In this document: positions 19,581-29,323 of the stretch, in pieces
How the letters are laid out: each line of letters opens with the position of its first letter
Position numbering within the stretch: the first letter of the stretch is position 1
Assembly: GCA_050246035.1 (NCBI GenBank)
Contig: JBFWWT010000004.1
Location: forward strand, 1,568 to 65,567
DNA: 64,000 bases
Direction of reading: 5' to 3'
DNA from: Burkholderiales bacterium
GTDB lineage: Bacteria > Pseudomonadota > Gammaproteobacteria > Burkholderiales > SG8-39
Translations under genes and position numbers: made by a program
Notes under the pieces: generated by a model
Told to the model about the DNA's origin: nothing
Databases searched by the model: none
Seen by the model: the letters and a program-made list of their open reading frames with translations, nothing else

Positions 19581-20500
19581 GCCGTCACTCCGGTAAAGGC
19601 GCCGCGCAGCTTCGCGCAGCATTCGGCGACCGCTTCGTTCGCGGTATCGAGGACACCGCCGAAGAGGATGAAGCCGTGCACCATGTCGGGGTACTCGCGG
19701 TATGACACGTCCACGCCCTCCCTGGCCATGCGCTCGGCATACTCGCGCCCCTCGTCGACGAGCGGGTCGTAGCCGGCCGTGATCACGAAAGCGGGCGGCA
19801 GGCCGGCGAGACTTTTCGCGAGCAGGGGGGATGCGCGCCAGTCGATGCGGTCGGCCTTCTTCGGCAGATAGAGCGACTGGAAGTATTCCATCGCCTTCGC
19901 CGTCAGGAGATAGCCCTCGCCGTTCCGGCGGATGGAGGGATGCTGCATGCGCTGGTCGGTCGCCGGATAAATGAGGAGCTGGTAGGCGAGCCGCGGCTGC
20001 CCGGCGTCGCGCGCGAGCAGCGAGACGACCGTGGCGAGATTGCCGCCCGCGCTGTCGCCGCCCACCGCCACCGCGGGGTGCCGGTCGGCAACGAACTTCG
20101 TGGCCGCGAAGCAGTCCTCGACCGCCGCGGGGAACGGGTGCTCCGGGCCCATGCGGTAATCGACCGAGTAGACCGCGCAGCGCGCGCCGTTGGCGAGCTG
20201 CCGGCACACCACGTCGTGCGTGTCGAGATCGCCGATCACCCAGCCGCCGCCGTGGAAGTACACGAGCGCCGGCAGCGTCTCGTCAGGCGTGGAGCCGAGG
20301 GGCCGGTAAGCGCGCAGCGCCACCGGGCCCGGCGCGATCAGCAGCTTCGACTCGGCCACCTCGGGTGGCTTGGGCGAGAGCGCCGCGCGCGTGTCGCGAT
20401 AGATGCGCCGCGCGACGTGCGCCGGCACCTCGTAGTACAGGGGCAGCGGCGAGTTGGCCGCGCGCTCGAGCAGCGCCGCGACCTGGGGATGCAGGCTCAC
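19577..20500 (-). CDS. Alpha/beta hydrolase, hormone-sensitive-lipase-type esterase
   Basis: HGGGW oxyanion motif and a GDSAGG nucleophile elbow. The GTG start at 20500 overlaps the NIPSNAP stop (GTGA). Confidence 0.8.
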   Translation of the reverse strand: MSLHPQVAALLERAANSPLPLYYEVPAHVARRIYRDTRAALSPKPPEVAESKLLIAPGPVALRAYRPLGSTPDETLPALVYFHGGGWVIGDLDTHDVVCRQLANGARCAVYSVDYRMGPEHPFPAAVEDCFAATKFVADRHPAVAVGGDSAGGNLATVVSLLARDAGQPRLAYQLLIYPATDQRMQHPSIRRNGEGYLLTAKAMEYFQSLYLPKKADRIDWRASPLLAKSLAGLPPAFVITAGYDPLVDEGREYAERMAREGVDVSYREYPDMVHGFILFGGVLDTANEAVAECCAKLRGAFTGVTA

Positions 20501-20838
20501 TTGACGGCCGCGAGCATCTTCTTCAGGCGCTCGACGAAGAACGGCGCGCATTTGTGGATCTTGGTCTCCTGCGTGACGATGAGCGGCCGGATGCGCGGCA
20601 GATACGCCTGCCACTCGGGATCGGCCTGCATCGCGGCACGCATCTTCTCGCGCTGCAGCAGGTCGTCGTAGGCCCACATGTGCGTCACCAGGTTCTGCAT
20701 GCCGACCTCGGTCACGTAATAGCCGACGAGGTTCGGCAGGTGCCGCAACTGCACCTTCATCCCGGCCTCCTCGTAGGCCTTGAAGTATTCGGGGGCCTTG
20801 CCGACCTGCAGCAGATACATGCGCTCTTCGACGTACAT
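20497..20838 (-). CDS. NIPSNAP family protein
   Basis: 113-aa ORF (MYVEERMYLLQVGK...THMWAYDDLLQRE) preceded by the SD sequence GAGGAGGAG. Confidence 0.7.
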   Translation of the reverse strand: MYVEERMYLLQVGKAPEYFKAYEEAGMKVQLRHLPNLVGYYVTEVGMQNLVTHMWAYDDLLQREKMRAAMQADPEWQAYLPRIRPLIVTQETKIHKCAPFFVERLKKMLAAVK

Positions 20839-20881
20839 GCGGGGCTCCTCCTCAGGGTCGCGGGATTATAGTATCCGGGTC

Positions 20882-21352
20882 ATGGACGACATCAACACGC
20901 TGCGGCGCATCCTTTCGCGGAACCGCGTCATCGCCGTGGTCGGGCTTTCGGCCGACTGGTTCCGCCCGAGCTACTTCGCCGCCAAGTACATGCAGGAGCA
21001 CGGCTACCGCGTCATACCCGTGAATCCCAAGTACGACGCGATCCTCGGCGAGAAGTGCTACAAGTCGCTGCGCGACATCCCGGAGAAGGTGGACATCGTC
21101 GACTGCTTCCGCAAGACGCAGGACATCGGCCCGATCTGCGATGACGCGATCGCCATCGGCGCGAAGGTCCTCTGGCAGCAGCTCGGGGTCAAGAACGAGG
21201 CCGCCGCGGCAAAGGCGCGCGCGGCGGGGCTGGACGCGGTCATGGACCGCTGCGTGAAGATCGAGCACGGGCGGCTCTTCGGCGGCCTCAACTGGGTGGG
21301 CGTGAACACCGGCGTCATCTCGGCGAAGCGGCCGCGCTGGCTGGCATACTGA
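20882..21352 (+). CDS. CoA-binding protein (YccU-like)
   Basis: RVIAVVGLSADWFRPSYFAAKYMQEHGYRVIPVNPK is the typical CoA-binding domain start. Confidence 0.8.
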   Translation: MDDINTLRRILSRNRVIAVVGLSADWFRPSYFAAKYMQEHGYRVIPVNPKYDAILGEKCYKSLRDIPEKVDIVDCFRKTQDIGPICDDAIAIGAKVLWQQLGVKNEAAAAKARAAGLDAVMDRCVKIEHGRLFGGLNWVGVNTGVISAKRPRWLAY

Positions 21353-21377
21353 CGCCCTCCAGCTATCTGTTCTTGCG

Positions 21378-22307
21378 ATGGAAAGCGTGACGCGCGTCAC
21401 TGGCGCGCGGCCGCCACCCCCGTTATCCTCCCGTCCCATGTCCCGACCGGTACGCATTTTCGAAGGTCGCTTCGGACGTCTTGTGCTGCTGGAGGCCCAG
21501 CCGGCCGAGGCAGCGGAGACGCGCGCCGAGCCCCTGATCCTGCTGAAGGTCGACGGCGCGGATTTCGCCGTCGTCGTCGGCGAGGAGGTCCATGCGCTCA
21601 CGCGCGCCGAAATCCTGTTCGCCAACCCGGGCCAGAGCGTGCGTCATGCGGGCAGCGCGGGAGGCGGCTCGCGCGCGATCGAGTTCCACCCGGCGATCGG
21701 GTGGCTGCGCGAGGTGTTTCCGGCCGTGTTCGAGGACGGTACCGGTATCTTCCCCCGGCCGCGCGAGACCGTGACGCCGCGCATTCGGCAGCTCGCGGAC
21801 ACCCTGGCCATCGAGGCGCAGAACGACCAGTTCCTTTCCCCCGAGCGCCTGGAGTTCATGCTGCAGGAACTCATGCTGTCGGTCATCGAGTCGTATCTCG
21901 CGCGCCGCCGGACCGGCGTCGCGCTATGGCGGGGCTCGCGCTTCGCCGACACGCGCATCCGCAAGGCGCTGGGGCTGCTGCGTGCGCGCCCCAACAAGGA
22001 CGTGAACATCGACGACCTGGCGAGCCAGGTGGGCCTGTCGCGCTCGCGCTTCTACGACCTGTTCCAGCTGTGCACCGGGCGATCGCCCCGCTCCTATCTC
22101 GATCTCCTGTGCGTGGAGAGCGCGATCGCCAAGCTTTCCAGCGGCCGGGCGCGCATCGCCGACGTCTCGGCCGAGCTCGGTTTCTCGGCGCAAAGCAACT
22201 TCACTCGTTTCTTCCTCAATCAGGTCGGCGTGCCGCCCTCGGAGTACCGGCGCGTGGCCCTGCGGCCCAGCGCCGAGGAGCCTCGCGCCGCCGAACCGCC
22301 CGCCTGA
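21378..22307 (+). CDS. AraC family transcriptional regulator
   Basis: C-terminal double HTH (IDDLASQVGLSRSRFYDLF...AELGFSAQSNFTRFF). Start uncertain; ATG 21438 is an alternative. Confidence 0.8.
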   Translation: MESVTRVTGARPPPPLSSRPMSRPVRIFEGRFGRLVLLEAQPAEAAETRAEPLILLKVDGADFAVVVGEEVHALTRAEILFANPGQSVRHAGSAGGGSRAIEFHPAIGWLREVFPAVFEDGTGIFPRPRETVTPRIRQLADTLAIEAQNDQFLSPERLEFMLQELMLSVIESYLARRRTGVALWRGSRFADTRIRKALGLLRARPNKDVNIDDLASQVGLSRSRFYDLFQLCTGRSPRSYLDLLCVESAIAKLSSGRARIADVSAELGFSAQSNFTRFFLNQVGVPPSEYRRVALRPSAEEPRAAEPPA

Positions 22308-22351
22308 GCGCCTGGCGCGGCACTGCGCGATCCGGCTGCATTTCGTGACAT

Positions 22352-23095
22352 ATGCGTAGCCCGAAGGACCTGTACCTCGACCTGCTGAAGCGGTGCCTGG
22401 CGAACACCATCTACCAGGACCACGGCGTTTTCCAGGGCTCGGACCGTCCCTTTGACATTCGCGTGCGCGGGCAGGGGCAGGACTGGCCCGCGGTGGCGCA
22501 CACCATGATCGGCATCAAGCGGCTGGACGCGCTGCATTTTTGCATGGAGGACGTGCTCAACCGTGGCGTGCCGGGCGACTTCATCGAAACCGGCGTGTGG
22601 CGCGGCGGCGCCGTGATCTTCATGCGCGGCTTGCTGATGGCGCGCGGCGTGGCCGACCGGGTGGTGTGGGCAGCGGACTCCTTCGCCGGGCTGCCGCCGC
22701 CCGATGCCGACAAGTATCCGCAGGACGCGCAAAGCACGTTCCATCACTACGCCCAGCTCGCCGTTTCCCTGGAGCAGGTGCAGGAGAACTTCCGGCGCTA
22801 TGGACTTCTCGACGACCAGGTGAAGTTTCTCAAGGGCTGGTTTCGCGACACGCTGCCCACCGCCCCGATCGAGCGACTCGCCGTCATGCGCCTGGACGGG
22901 GACATGTACGAGTCGACGATGGACGCCCTGACGCACCTGTATCCAAGGCTCTCGCGGGGCGGCTACGCCATCATCGACGACTACGGGGACGTGCCGGCCT
23001 GCAGACAGGCCGTCAGCGACTACCGCGCGAGCTGCGGCATCGATGACGTAATCGTGCCCATCGACGAGACCGGCGTGTTCTGGCAGAAGTCGTGA
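22352..23095 (+). CDS. TylF/MycF family (macrocin-type) O-methyltransferase
   Basis: GDFIETGVWRGG...MRLDGDMYEST...GGYAIIDDY are motifs typical of TylF methyltransferases. Confidence 0.8.
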   Translation: MRSPKDLYLDLLKRCLANTIYQDHGVFQGSDRPFDIRVRGQGQDWPAVAHTMIGIKRLDALHFCMEDVLNRGVPGDFIETGVWRGGAVIFMRGLLMARGVADRVVWAADSFAGLPPPDADKYPQDAQSTFHHYAQLAVSLEQVQENFRRYGLLDDQVKFLKGWFRDTLPTAPIERLAVMRLDGDMYESTMDALTHLYPRLSRGGYAIIDDYGDVPACRQAVSDYRASCGIDDVIVPIDETGVFWQKS

Positions 23096-23835
23096 TGCAC
23101 CGGCGCACGCTCGCCGTGACCGGCGGCGCGCAAGGCATCGGGCGCGAGATCGCCGAGCACTTCGCGGACCGCGGCTATGCGGTTTCCATCGCCGACACCA
23201 ATGCGGCGCTGGGCAGGGCTTTCGCGCGCACGCTGCAGCGGCGCGGCGCGCGCGCGCAGTTCCACCGGGCGGACATCGGCCGCGAGGCCGACGTGCGTGC
23301 CTGGCTGCGCGCGACCGCGCGCACGCTCGGCTGCCCGTCGGTGCTCGTGAACAACGCCGGCATCCGCGCGAGCGCGCCGTTCCTCACGCTCTCGGCCAAG
23401 GCCTTCGACACCGTCCTCGCGACCAACCTGCGCGGCGCGTTTCTCTGCACGCAGGAGGCCGCACGGCTCATGGTGAAGCACCGCGTCAAGGGCGCGATCA
23501 TCAACATCGCCTCGACGCGCGCGCTGATGTCCGAGCCGGGCACCGAGGCCTACTCCGCGTCCAAGGGCGGGCTGGTCGCCCTCACCCACGCGACCGCCGT
23601 CAGCCTCGGGCCGCGCGGCATCCGCGTCAACTGCGTGAGCCCCGGCTGGATCGAGACGCGCAAGGGCGCGCGGCACTCGCGCCGCGACCGCCTGCAGCAC
23701 CCCGTGGGCCGGGTCGGCGAGCCGGCCGACATCGCGCGCGCGTGCCTGTTCCTCGCGGAGGACGCGGGCTTCATGACCGGGCAGAATGTGGTCATCGACG
23801 GCGGCATGACCGTCAAGATGATCTACGCCGAATAA
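23092..23835 (+). CDS. SDR family oxidoreductase
   Basis: TGGAQGIG cofactor motif and YSASK catalytic motif. ATGA overlap with the methyltransferase gene. Confidence 0.85.
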   Translation: MMHRRTLAVTGGAQGIGREIAEHFADRGYAVSIADTNAALGRAFARTLQRRGARAQFHRADIGREADVRAWLRATARTLGCPSVLVNNAGIRASAPFLTLSAKAFDTVLATNLRGAFLCTQEAARLMVKHRVKGAIINIASTRALMSEPGTEAYSASKGGLVALTHATAVSLGPRGIRVNCVSPGWIETRKGARHSRRDRLQHPVGRVGEPADIARACLFLAEDAGFMTGQNVVIDGGMTVKMIYAE

Positions 23836-23850
23836 CCAAAGGGAGCTCCC

Positions 23851-24843
23851 ATGCAGCACGTCCGCTTCGGCCGCACCGGCATGCAGGTCTCGCGCCTGTG
23901 CCTCGGCACCATGACCTTCGGCCTGCAGTGCGACGAGAAAGCCTCGATCGCCATCCTCGACGCGGCGGCCGCGGCCGGCATCACCTTCCTCGACACCGCC
24001 GACGCCTACCCGCTCGGCGACAAGGTGGAGAACATGGGGCGCACCGAGGAGATCCTGGGCAAGTGGCTGAAGGGCCGGCGCGAGCAGTTCGTGATCGCCA
24101 CCAAGTGCAGCGGCAAGGTCGGGCCGGCGCCCTGGGACCAGGGCACCTCGCGCAAGCACGTGATGAAGGCGATCGACGACTCGCTCAGGCGCCTGGGCAC
24201 GGACTACGTGGACCTCTACCAGGTGCACCACTACGACGCCAACACCACGATGGACGAAACGGTCGAGGCTTTCGATGCCGTCGTGAAGGCCGGCAAGGCG
24301 CGCTACGTGGGCGTATCCAACTACCACGCCTACCGGGTCGCGCGCGCGCTCGGGCGCGCGGAGGCGCTGGGGCTCACCCGGCTCGTCTCGGTGCAGCCGC
24401 GCTACAACCTGCTTTTCCGCCAGATCGAGCGCGAGCTGCTGCCGCATTGCGCGGAGGAAGGCTTGGCGGTCATTCCCTACAACCCGCTCGCCGGGGGATT
24501 GCTCACCGGCAAGCACAAGCGCGCCGCGCCGCCGCCGGCGGGCACCCGCTTCACGCTCGGCGCGGCGGCCAAGACCTATACCGAGCGCTACTGGAAGGAG
24601 CGCGAGTTCGACACGGTGGACGCGTTCGTGAAGCTGGCGCAGGAGGCGGGCGTCGAGCCCGTGACGCTCGCGGTGGCCTGGGTGCTCGCCAACCCGGCGA
24701 TCACCGCCCCGCTCATCGGCGCGAGCAGGCCCGAGCAGCTGAAGGCGAACGTCGCCGCGGTCGACTACAAGCTCGACCCGGCGTTGAAGGCGAAGCTGGA
24801 CGAGCTGAGCCACGAATACCGCATGGGCGACGCGGCGCGGTAG
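23851..24843 (+). CDS. Aldo/keto reductase
   Basis: LGTMTFG...GITFLDTADAY...DLYQVH is an AKR signature. Confidence 0.85.
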   Translation: MQHVRFGRTGMQVSRLCLGTMTFGLQCDEKASIAILDAAAAAGITFLDTADAYPLGDKVENMGRTEEILGKWLKGRREQFVIATKCSGKVGPAPWDQGTSRKHVMKAIDDSLRRLGTDYVDLYQVHHYDANTTMDETVEAFDAVVKAGKARYVGVSNYHAYRVARALGRAEALGLTRLVSVQPRYNLLFRQIERELLPHCAEEGLAVIPYNPLAGGLLTGKHKRAAPPPAGTRFTLGAAAKTYTERYWKEREFDTVDAFVKLAQEAGVEPVTLAVAWVLANPAITAPLIGASRPEQLKANVAAVDYKLDPALKAKLDELSHEYRMGDAAR

Positions 24844-24863
24844 GCTGCCGATACAATCCGGCC

Positions 24864-26153
24864 ATGGCCGACCGCAAGTTCGGATTCGAGACGCTGTCGC
24901 TGCACGCGGGGCAGATCCCCGACCCGGCCACGGGCGCACGCGCCGCGCCGATCTACCAGACGACCTCGTTCGTCTTCGACTCGGCCGACCACGCGGCGAG
25001 CCTGTTCAACCTGCAGACCTTCGGCAACGTCTATTCGCGCATCTCCAACCCGACGCTCGCGGTGTTCGAGGAGAGGATGGCCGCGCTCGAGGGCGGCCGC
25101 GCGGCGCTCGCCTGCGCGACCGGCCAGTCGGCGGAGGCCACCGCCATCCTCACGCTGTGCAAGGCGGGCGACCACATCGTCTCGGCTTCCACGCTCTACG
25201 GCGGCACGCACACGCTGCTCGGGGTGAACCTCGCGAAGCTGGGCATCGAGACCACCTTCGTCGATCCGGACGACCCGGCGAACTTCAAGAAGGCGCTGAA
25301 ACCCAGCACGAAGCTCGTCTACGCCGAGACGCTCGGCAATCCGCTCATCAATATCGTCGACATCGCGGCGGTCGCGGCGATCGCGAAGGACGCGGGTGTG
25401 CCCTTCCTCGTCGACAACACGGTGCCCTCGCCGTATCTGTGCCGCCCCTTCGAGCACGGCGCGGACCTCGTCGTGCACTCGGCCACGAAGTACATCGGCG
25501 GCCACGGCACCACGATGGGCGGCGTGATCGTCGAGTCCGGGAAGTTCCCCTGGGGCAACGGCAAGTTCCCCGAGTTCACCACGCCCTCGCCGGGCTACCA
25601 CGGCGTCATCTTCCACGAGACCTTCGGCGACTTCGGCTTCACCATGAAGGCGCGCATGGAGATCATGCGCACCTTCGGCCCGGCGCTCTCGCCGATGAAC
25701 GCCTGGCTCCTGCTGCAGGGACTGGAGACGCTGCCGGTGCGGATGGACCGCCACTGCGCGAACGCGCTCGGCGTGGCGAAGTTCCTGCAGGGCCACAAGC
25801 AGGTGGCGTGGGTGAACTATCCCGGGCTGCCGGGCAGCAAGTACTACGCGCTCGCGCAGAAGTATCTGCCGAAGGGCGCCTCGGGCCTGCTCAATTTCGG
25901 CGTGAAGGGCGGCGCGAAGGCGGGCGAGCGCTTCATCGAGGCCGCGCAGTTCATGAGCCACCTCGCCAACATCGGCGACGCGAAGACCCTCATCATCCAC
26001 CCGGCCTCGACCACGCACCGGCAGATGAGCGACGAGGAGCAGCTGAAGGCCGGCGTCACGCCCGACATGATCCGCATGTCGGTCGGGATCGAGACGCTCG
26101 ACGACATCCTGTGGGACATCGACCAGGCACTCAACGAGGCATCCAAGGCATGA
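24864..26153 (+). CDS. metY: O-acetylhomoserine aminocarboxypropyltransferase/sulfhydrylase (PLP-dependent)
   Basis: FETLSLHAGQ...PIYQTTSF...HSATKYIGGHG (PLP lysine) is MetY/MetZ-like over its full length. Confidence 0.85.
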   Translation: MADRKFGFETLSLHAGQIPDPATGARAAPIYQTTSFVFDSADHAASLFNLQTFGNVYSRISNPTLAVFEERMAALEGGRAALACATGQSAEATAILTLCKAGDHIVSASTLYGGTHTLLGVNLAKLGIETTFVDPDDPANFKKALKPSTKLVYAETLGNPLINIVDIAAVAAIAKDAGVPFLVDNTVPSPYLCRPFEHGADLVVHSATKYIGGHGTTMGGVIVESGKFPWGNGKFPEFTTPSPGYHGVIFHETFGDFGFTMKARMEIMRTFGPALSPMNAWLLLQGLETLPVRMDRHCANALGVAKFLQGHKQVAWVNYPGLPGSKYYALAQKYLPKGASGLLNFGVKGGAKAGERFIEAAQFMSHLANIGDAKTLIIHPASTTHRQMSDEEQLKAGVTPDMIRMSVGIETLDDILWDIDQALNEASKA

Positions 26154-27214
26154 TCAGCTACCAAATCATGGAGCACGGCAGGCCCCTGCAGAAGGTGATG
26201 CAGGAGACGCCCAAGCCCACCGGCACCGAAGTCCTGGTGAAGATCACGCGCTCGGGCGTGTGCCACTCGGACGTGCACATCTGGGACGGCTACTTCGACT
26301 GGGGCGGCGGCAAGCGCTTCTACGTGAAGGACCGCGGCTGCGTCCCGCCCTTCACCATGGGACACGAGCCCTTCGGCGTGGTGGCCGCGGCAGGGCCGCG
26401 CGCGAAGGGCGTGAAGGTCGGCAAGAAATTCATCGTCTACCCCTGGATCGGCTGCGGCAAGTGCGCGGTGTGCAAGCAGGGCCAGGACAACTACTGCATG
26501 CAGGCGCGCTTCCTCGGCGTGATGAAGCCCGGCGGCTACTCGACGCACGTGCTCGTGCCGCACCCGAAGTACCTGATCGACGCCACCGGCCTCGACGAGG
26601 GCTTCGCCGCCACACTCGGCTGCTCGGCGATCACCGCCTACAGCGGCATCAGCAAGTTTCCGAAGCTCGGGCCGAAGGACTGGGTGGCGGTGATCGGCTG
26701 CGGCGGTCTCGGGCTCGTCGCGCTCTCGATCCTCAAGGCGAAAGGAATCAAGAACGTCATCGCCTGCGACGTCGACGAGTCGAAGCTCGAGGCGGCGAAG
26801 AAGCAGGGCGCGAGGCTCGTGCTCGATACGCGCGCGCCGGACGCGGCGCAAAAGCTCGGGCAGCTTGCGATGGGGAACCTGGCGGCGAGCATCGACTTCG
26901 TCGGCATGCCCGCGACAGCGATGCTCGGAACCGGCGCGCTGCGCAAGGGCGGGCGCTACGTGCTCTGCGGCCTGTACGGCGGCGAGCTTGTGCATCCCAT
27001 GCCGCCGATCGCCCAGCGCGCGATCGGCATCGTCGGCTCCTACGTCGGCAACCTGCAGGAGCTCAGAGAGGTCGTGGCGCTGGCGAAGAAGAAGAAGATC
27101 AAGCCGACGCCGGTGACGCTGCGCAAGCCCGACGAGGTCAACCGGACGCTGGAGGAGCTGAAGGCCGGGAAGATCCTCGGCCGCGTGGTGCTCGACTTCG
27201 AGGCAGCGGGCTAG
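26150..27214 (+). CDS. Zinc-dependent alcohol dehydrogenase family protein
   Basis: GVCHSDVH and GHEPFG zinc motifs, structural-zinc cysteines CGKCAVCKQG, and a GCGGLG Rossmann motif. ATGA overlap with metY. Confidence 0.85.
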   Translation: MISYQIMEHGRPLQKVMQETPKPTGTEVLVKITRSGVCHSDVHIWDGYFDWGGGKRFYVKDRGCVPPFTMGHEPFGVVAAAGPRAKGVKVGKKFIVYPWIGCGKCAVCKQGQDNYCMQARFLGVMKPGGYSTHVLVPHPKYLIDATGLDEGFAATLGCSAITAYSGISKFPKLGPKDWVAVIGCGGLGLVALSILKAKGIKNVIACDVDESKLEAAKKQGARLVLDTRAPDAAQKLGQLAMGNLAASIDFVGMPATAMLGTGALRKGGRYVLCGLYGGELVHPMPPIAQRAIGIVGSYVGNLQELREVVALAKKKKIKPTPVTLRKPDEVNRTLEELKAGKILGRVVLDFEAAG

Positions 27215-28221
27215 GGATCCCGTCCCAGCGCCTCGCGCTCCTCGGTCGGCGGGTGCGAGGAGAGATAACCCGGCACCGCAGCCCGGAAGCGCTTCGGCAC
27301 CTCGGCCTCGATGCGCTTGAGGAGCGCGGCGAGGCTCGCCGGGTCGTAGCCGGCCTTGCGCATCATCTCGATTGCAAAGCGGTCGGCCTCGCGCTCGTTG
27401 TCGCGCGAGTACTTCATCTGCAGGAGCACGGTGGGCGCGGCGGCCGCGAGCGAGGTCGCCGAGGCGACATCGCCCGTGACCGCCGCGATGACGAGCACGA
27501 CGACCGAGCCCTCGAGCAGCCGCCGCATGGTGTGCCGGTGGCGCACGTGACCCAGCTCGTGCGCGAGCACGCCGAGCACCTCGGCCTCGTCGACCGCGAC
27601 CTTCAGCATCTCGTCGGTCATGACGATGATGCCCGAGGGCAGCGCGAAGGCGTTGGCGCCGATCACCGGGCTCGAGCGGAACTCCAGCCGGTAGGGCGTG
27701 GCCTCCCCGGCTGCGCGCGCCATGTCGCCGAACTTGCGCGCCAGCGCCTCGCGGCGCGCCTCGGGAAGCTGCGAAGGCTGGAGCAGGTGCTGGTCCATGC
27801 CGCTCAGCGTCTTCTCCCCGAGCGCGGTTTCGGTCTCGACCGGAATGCGCTCGGCGATTCTCTCGACGCCCGCCGGCACCACCTGGGTGACGAGCGCCCA
27901 GAGCGCCGCCGCGACGAGAAAGATGCAGGCCGCCGCGTAGGCCGGGCGCGACTCCCAGCGGTGCAGGATCCGCTCGTAGCGCCGCGCGCGGGTCAGCCGG
28001 TCGACCGCGTCGTTATCGTCGGTGACGCAGGCCCCGCCCCCGGGCAGGTAGAGCCAGCGCGGCGTGTTCGCCACGCGCAGCGACCGGCGCACGCGCCGTG
28101 CCTCCACCTCGAGATCCACATCGCGGCCGACCACCCGGAGCTTGCCCGCCGAGAGCACGAGGCTCACCGGGTGGCGCTGCGAGGTCTTGCCGTCGAAGTA
28201 GACCGCCGCGAGGACGCTCAC
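27211..28221 (-). CDS. M48 family metallopeptidase
   Basis: HELGHVRHRH zinc motif plus a downstream NEREAD. The GTG start at 28221 overlaps the upstream stop (GTGA). Confidence 0.8.
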   Translation of the reverse strand: MSVLAAVYFDGKTSQRHPVSLVLSAGKLRVVGRDVDLEVEARRVRRSLRVANTPRWLYLPGGGACVTDDNDAVDRLTRARRYERILHRWESRPAYAAACIFLVAAALWALVTQVVPAGVERIAERIPVETETALGEKTLSGMDQHLLQPSQLPEARREALARKFGDMARAAGEATPYRLEFRSSPVIGANAFALPSGIIVMTDEMLKVAVDEAEVLGVLAHELGHVRHRHTMRRLLEGSVVVLVIAAVTGDVASATSLAAAAPTVLLQMKYSRDNEREADRFAIEMMRKAGYDPASLAALLKRIEAEVPKRFRAAVPGYLSSHPPTEEREALGRDP

Positions 28222-29264
28222 AGGCCGAAGTCCAGGTTGAAGATGTCGCCGAACTCCTGCCCCACGGCGCCCACGCGCTCGAGTGCCGGGTTCGCCTCGT
28301 GCAGGTTTTCCTCCTCCACCGCGACGCTGAAATTCTCGAGGCGGTAGCGCAGCGTGCGCACCACCGCCCAGGGGATGAGCAGCCCGGCGCTCGCCGCCGC
28401 CGCGAGCACGTTGCCGATGTACAGGCGCGCGAGCTTGCCCGCCTTCAGCGTGCTGCCGAAGCGCAAGCCCGGTCCCTGCGCGCCATTCCAGAGCAGATTG
28501 GTGGTACGCGCCTGGACGAACGCATAGGCGAGCGCGTAGGCCGCGTACATGAGCGCGATAGGCAGGAAGAGCGGCGCCCAGGCGAGCGACTCGGGCAGCT
28601 CGAATCGCGCGACCCCGAAGCCCATGAGGAAGACGAGGGGCACGACGAGCACCGCGAGCAGCAGCCCGGCGAGCACGTAGGTGAGGTAGAAGCCTCCCAC
28701 CGGCGCCCTGGCCGCGAAGCGCGTCGTGCCGAGCGCATGGTGCGAGACGACGAAGGCCTTCTGCCGCGCCATGAACCAGGGAAAGGCGAGCCCCGCGGTC
28801 AGCGCGACGAGGATCGGCCAGCCGATGAACAGGCGCGCCGCCTGCCCCCGGGTCGCCGCGAAGTCGAACCGCAGCCCCCGCCAGGCGGAATTGCGCGCGT
28901 TGAAAGCGAGCGCGCGCACGACGAGCCACGGCAGCGCGAGGAGGAACAGGATCCAGAACGCCCAGACGGAATCCGGGTACAGCTCGGCGACGAAGGCGTA
29001 GGTCACGAAGAGCGCCACCGCCACGATGCGCCCCTTGAGGATCGTCCTCGGGCTGGCGAAGTAGTCGAAGCTGTCGCCGTCCAGGCGCGTGCAGCCGTAG
29101 AGGTAGCGCTTTTTCCGCACCTTGGCCCACGCCGAGTACACGCCCAGCGTGATCAGGGTGAAGAAGAGGTTCACGATCCAGATGCGGAAGTACTCGCGCG
29201 CCGAGCCGGCGAACTCGGGGCGTACGATGCGCGGGCCCGCTTCGGCGGCGCTGGTCGTCGACAT
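28218..29264 (-). CDS. YjgN/DUF898 family inner-membrane protein
   Basis: 348 aa with multiple TM helices and an N-terminus (FRIWIVNLFFTLITLGVYSAWAKVR) typical of DUF898. Confidence 0.7.
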   Translation of the reverse strand: MSTTSAAEAGPRIVRPEFAGSAREYFRIWIVNLFFTLITLGVYSAWAKVRKKRYLYGCTRLDGDSFDYFASPRTILKGRIVAVALFVTYAFVAELYPDSVWAFWILFLLALPWLVVRALAFNARNSAWRGLRFDFAATRGQAARLFIGWPILVALTAGLAFPWFMARQKAFVVSHHALGTTRFAARAPVGGFYLTYVLAGLLLAVLVVPLVFLMGFGVARFELPESLAWAPLFLPIALMYAAYALAYAFVQARTTNLLWNGAQGPGLRFGSTLKAGKLARLYIGNVLAAAASAGLLIPWAVVRTLRYRLENFSVAVEEENLHEANPALERVGAVGQEFGDIFNLDFGL

Positions 29265-29323
29265 TGCCCCGAATCGTATAACGGGCTCCGCTTAGAATAC
29301 GGCCTTCACTTTTTCAGACCGCC

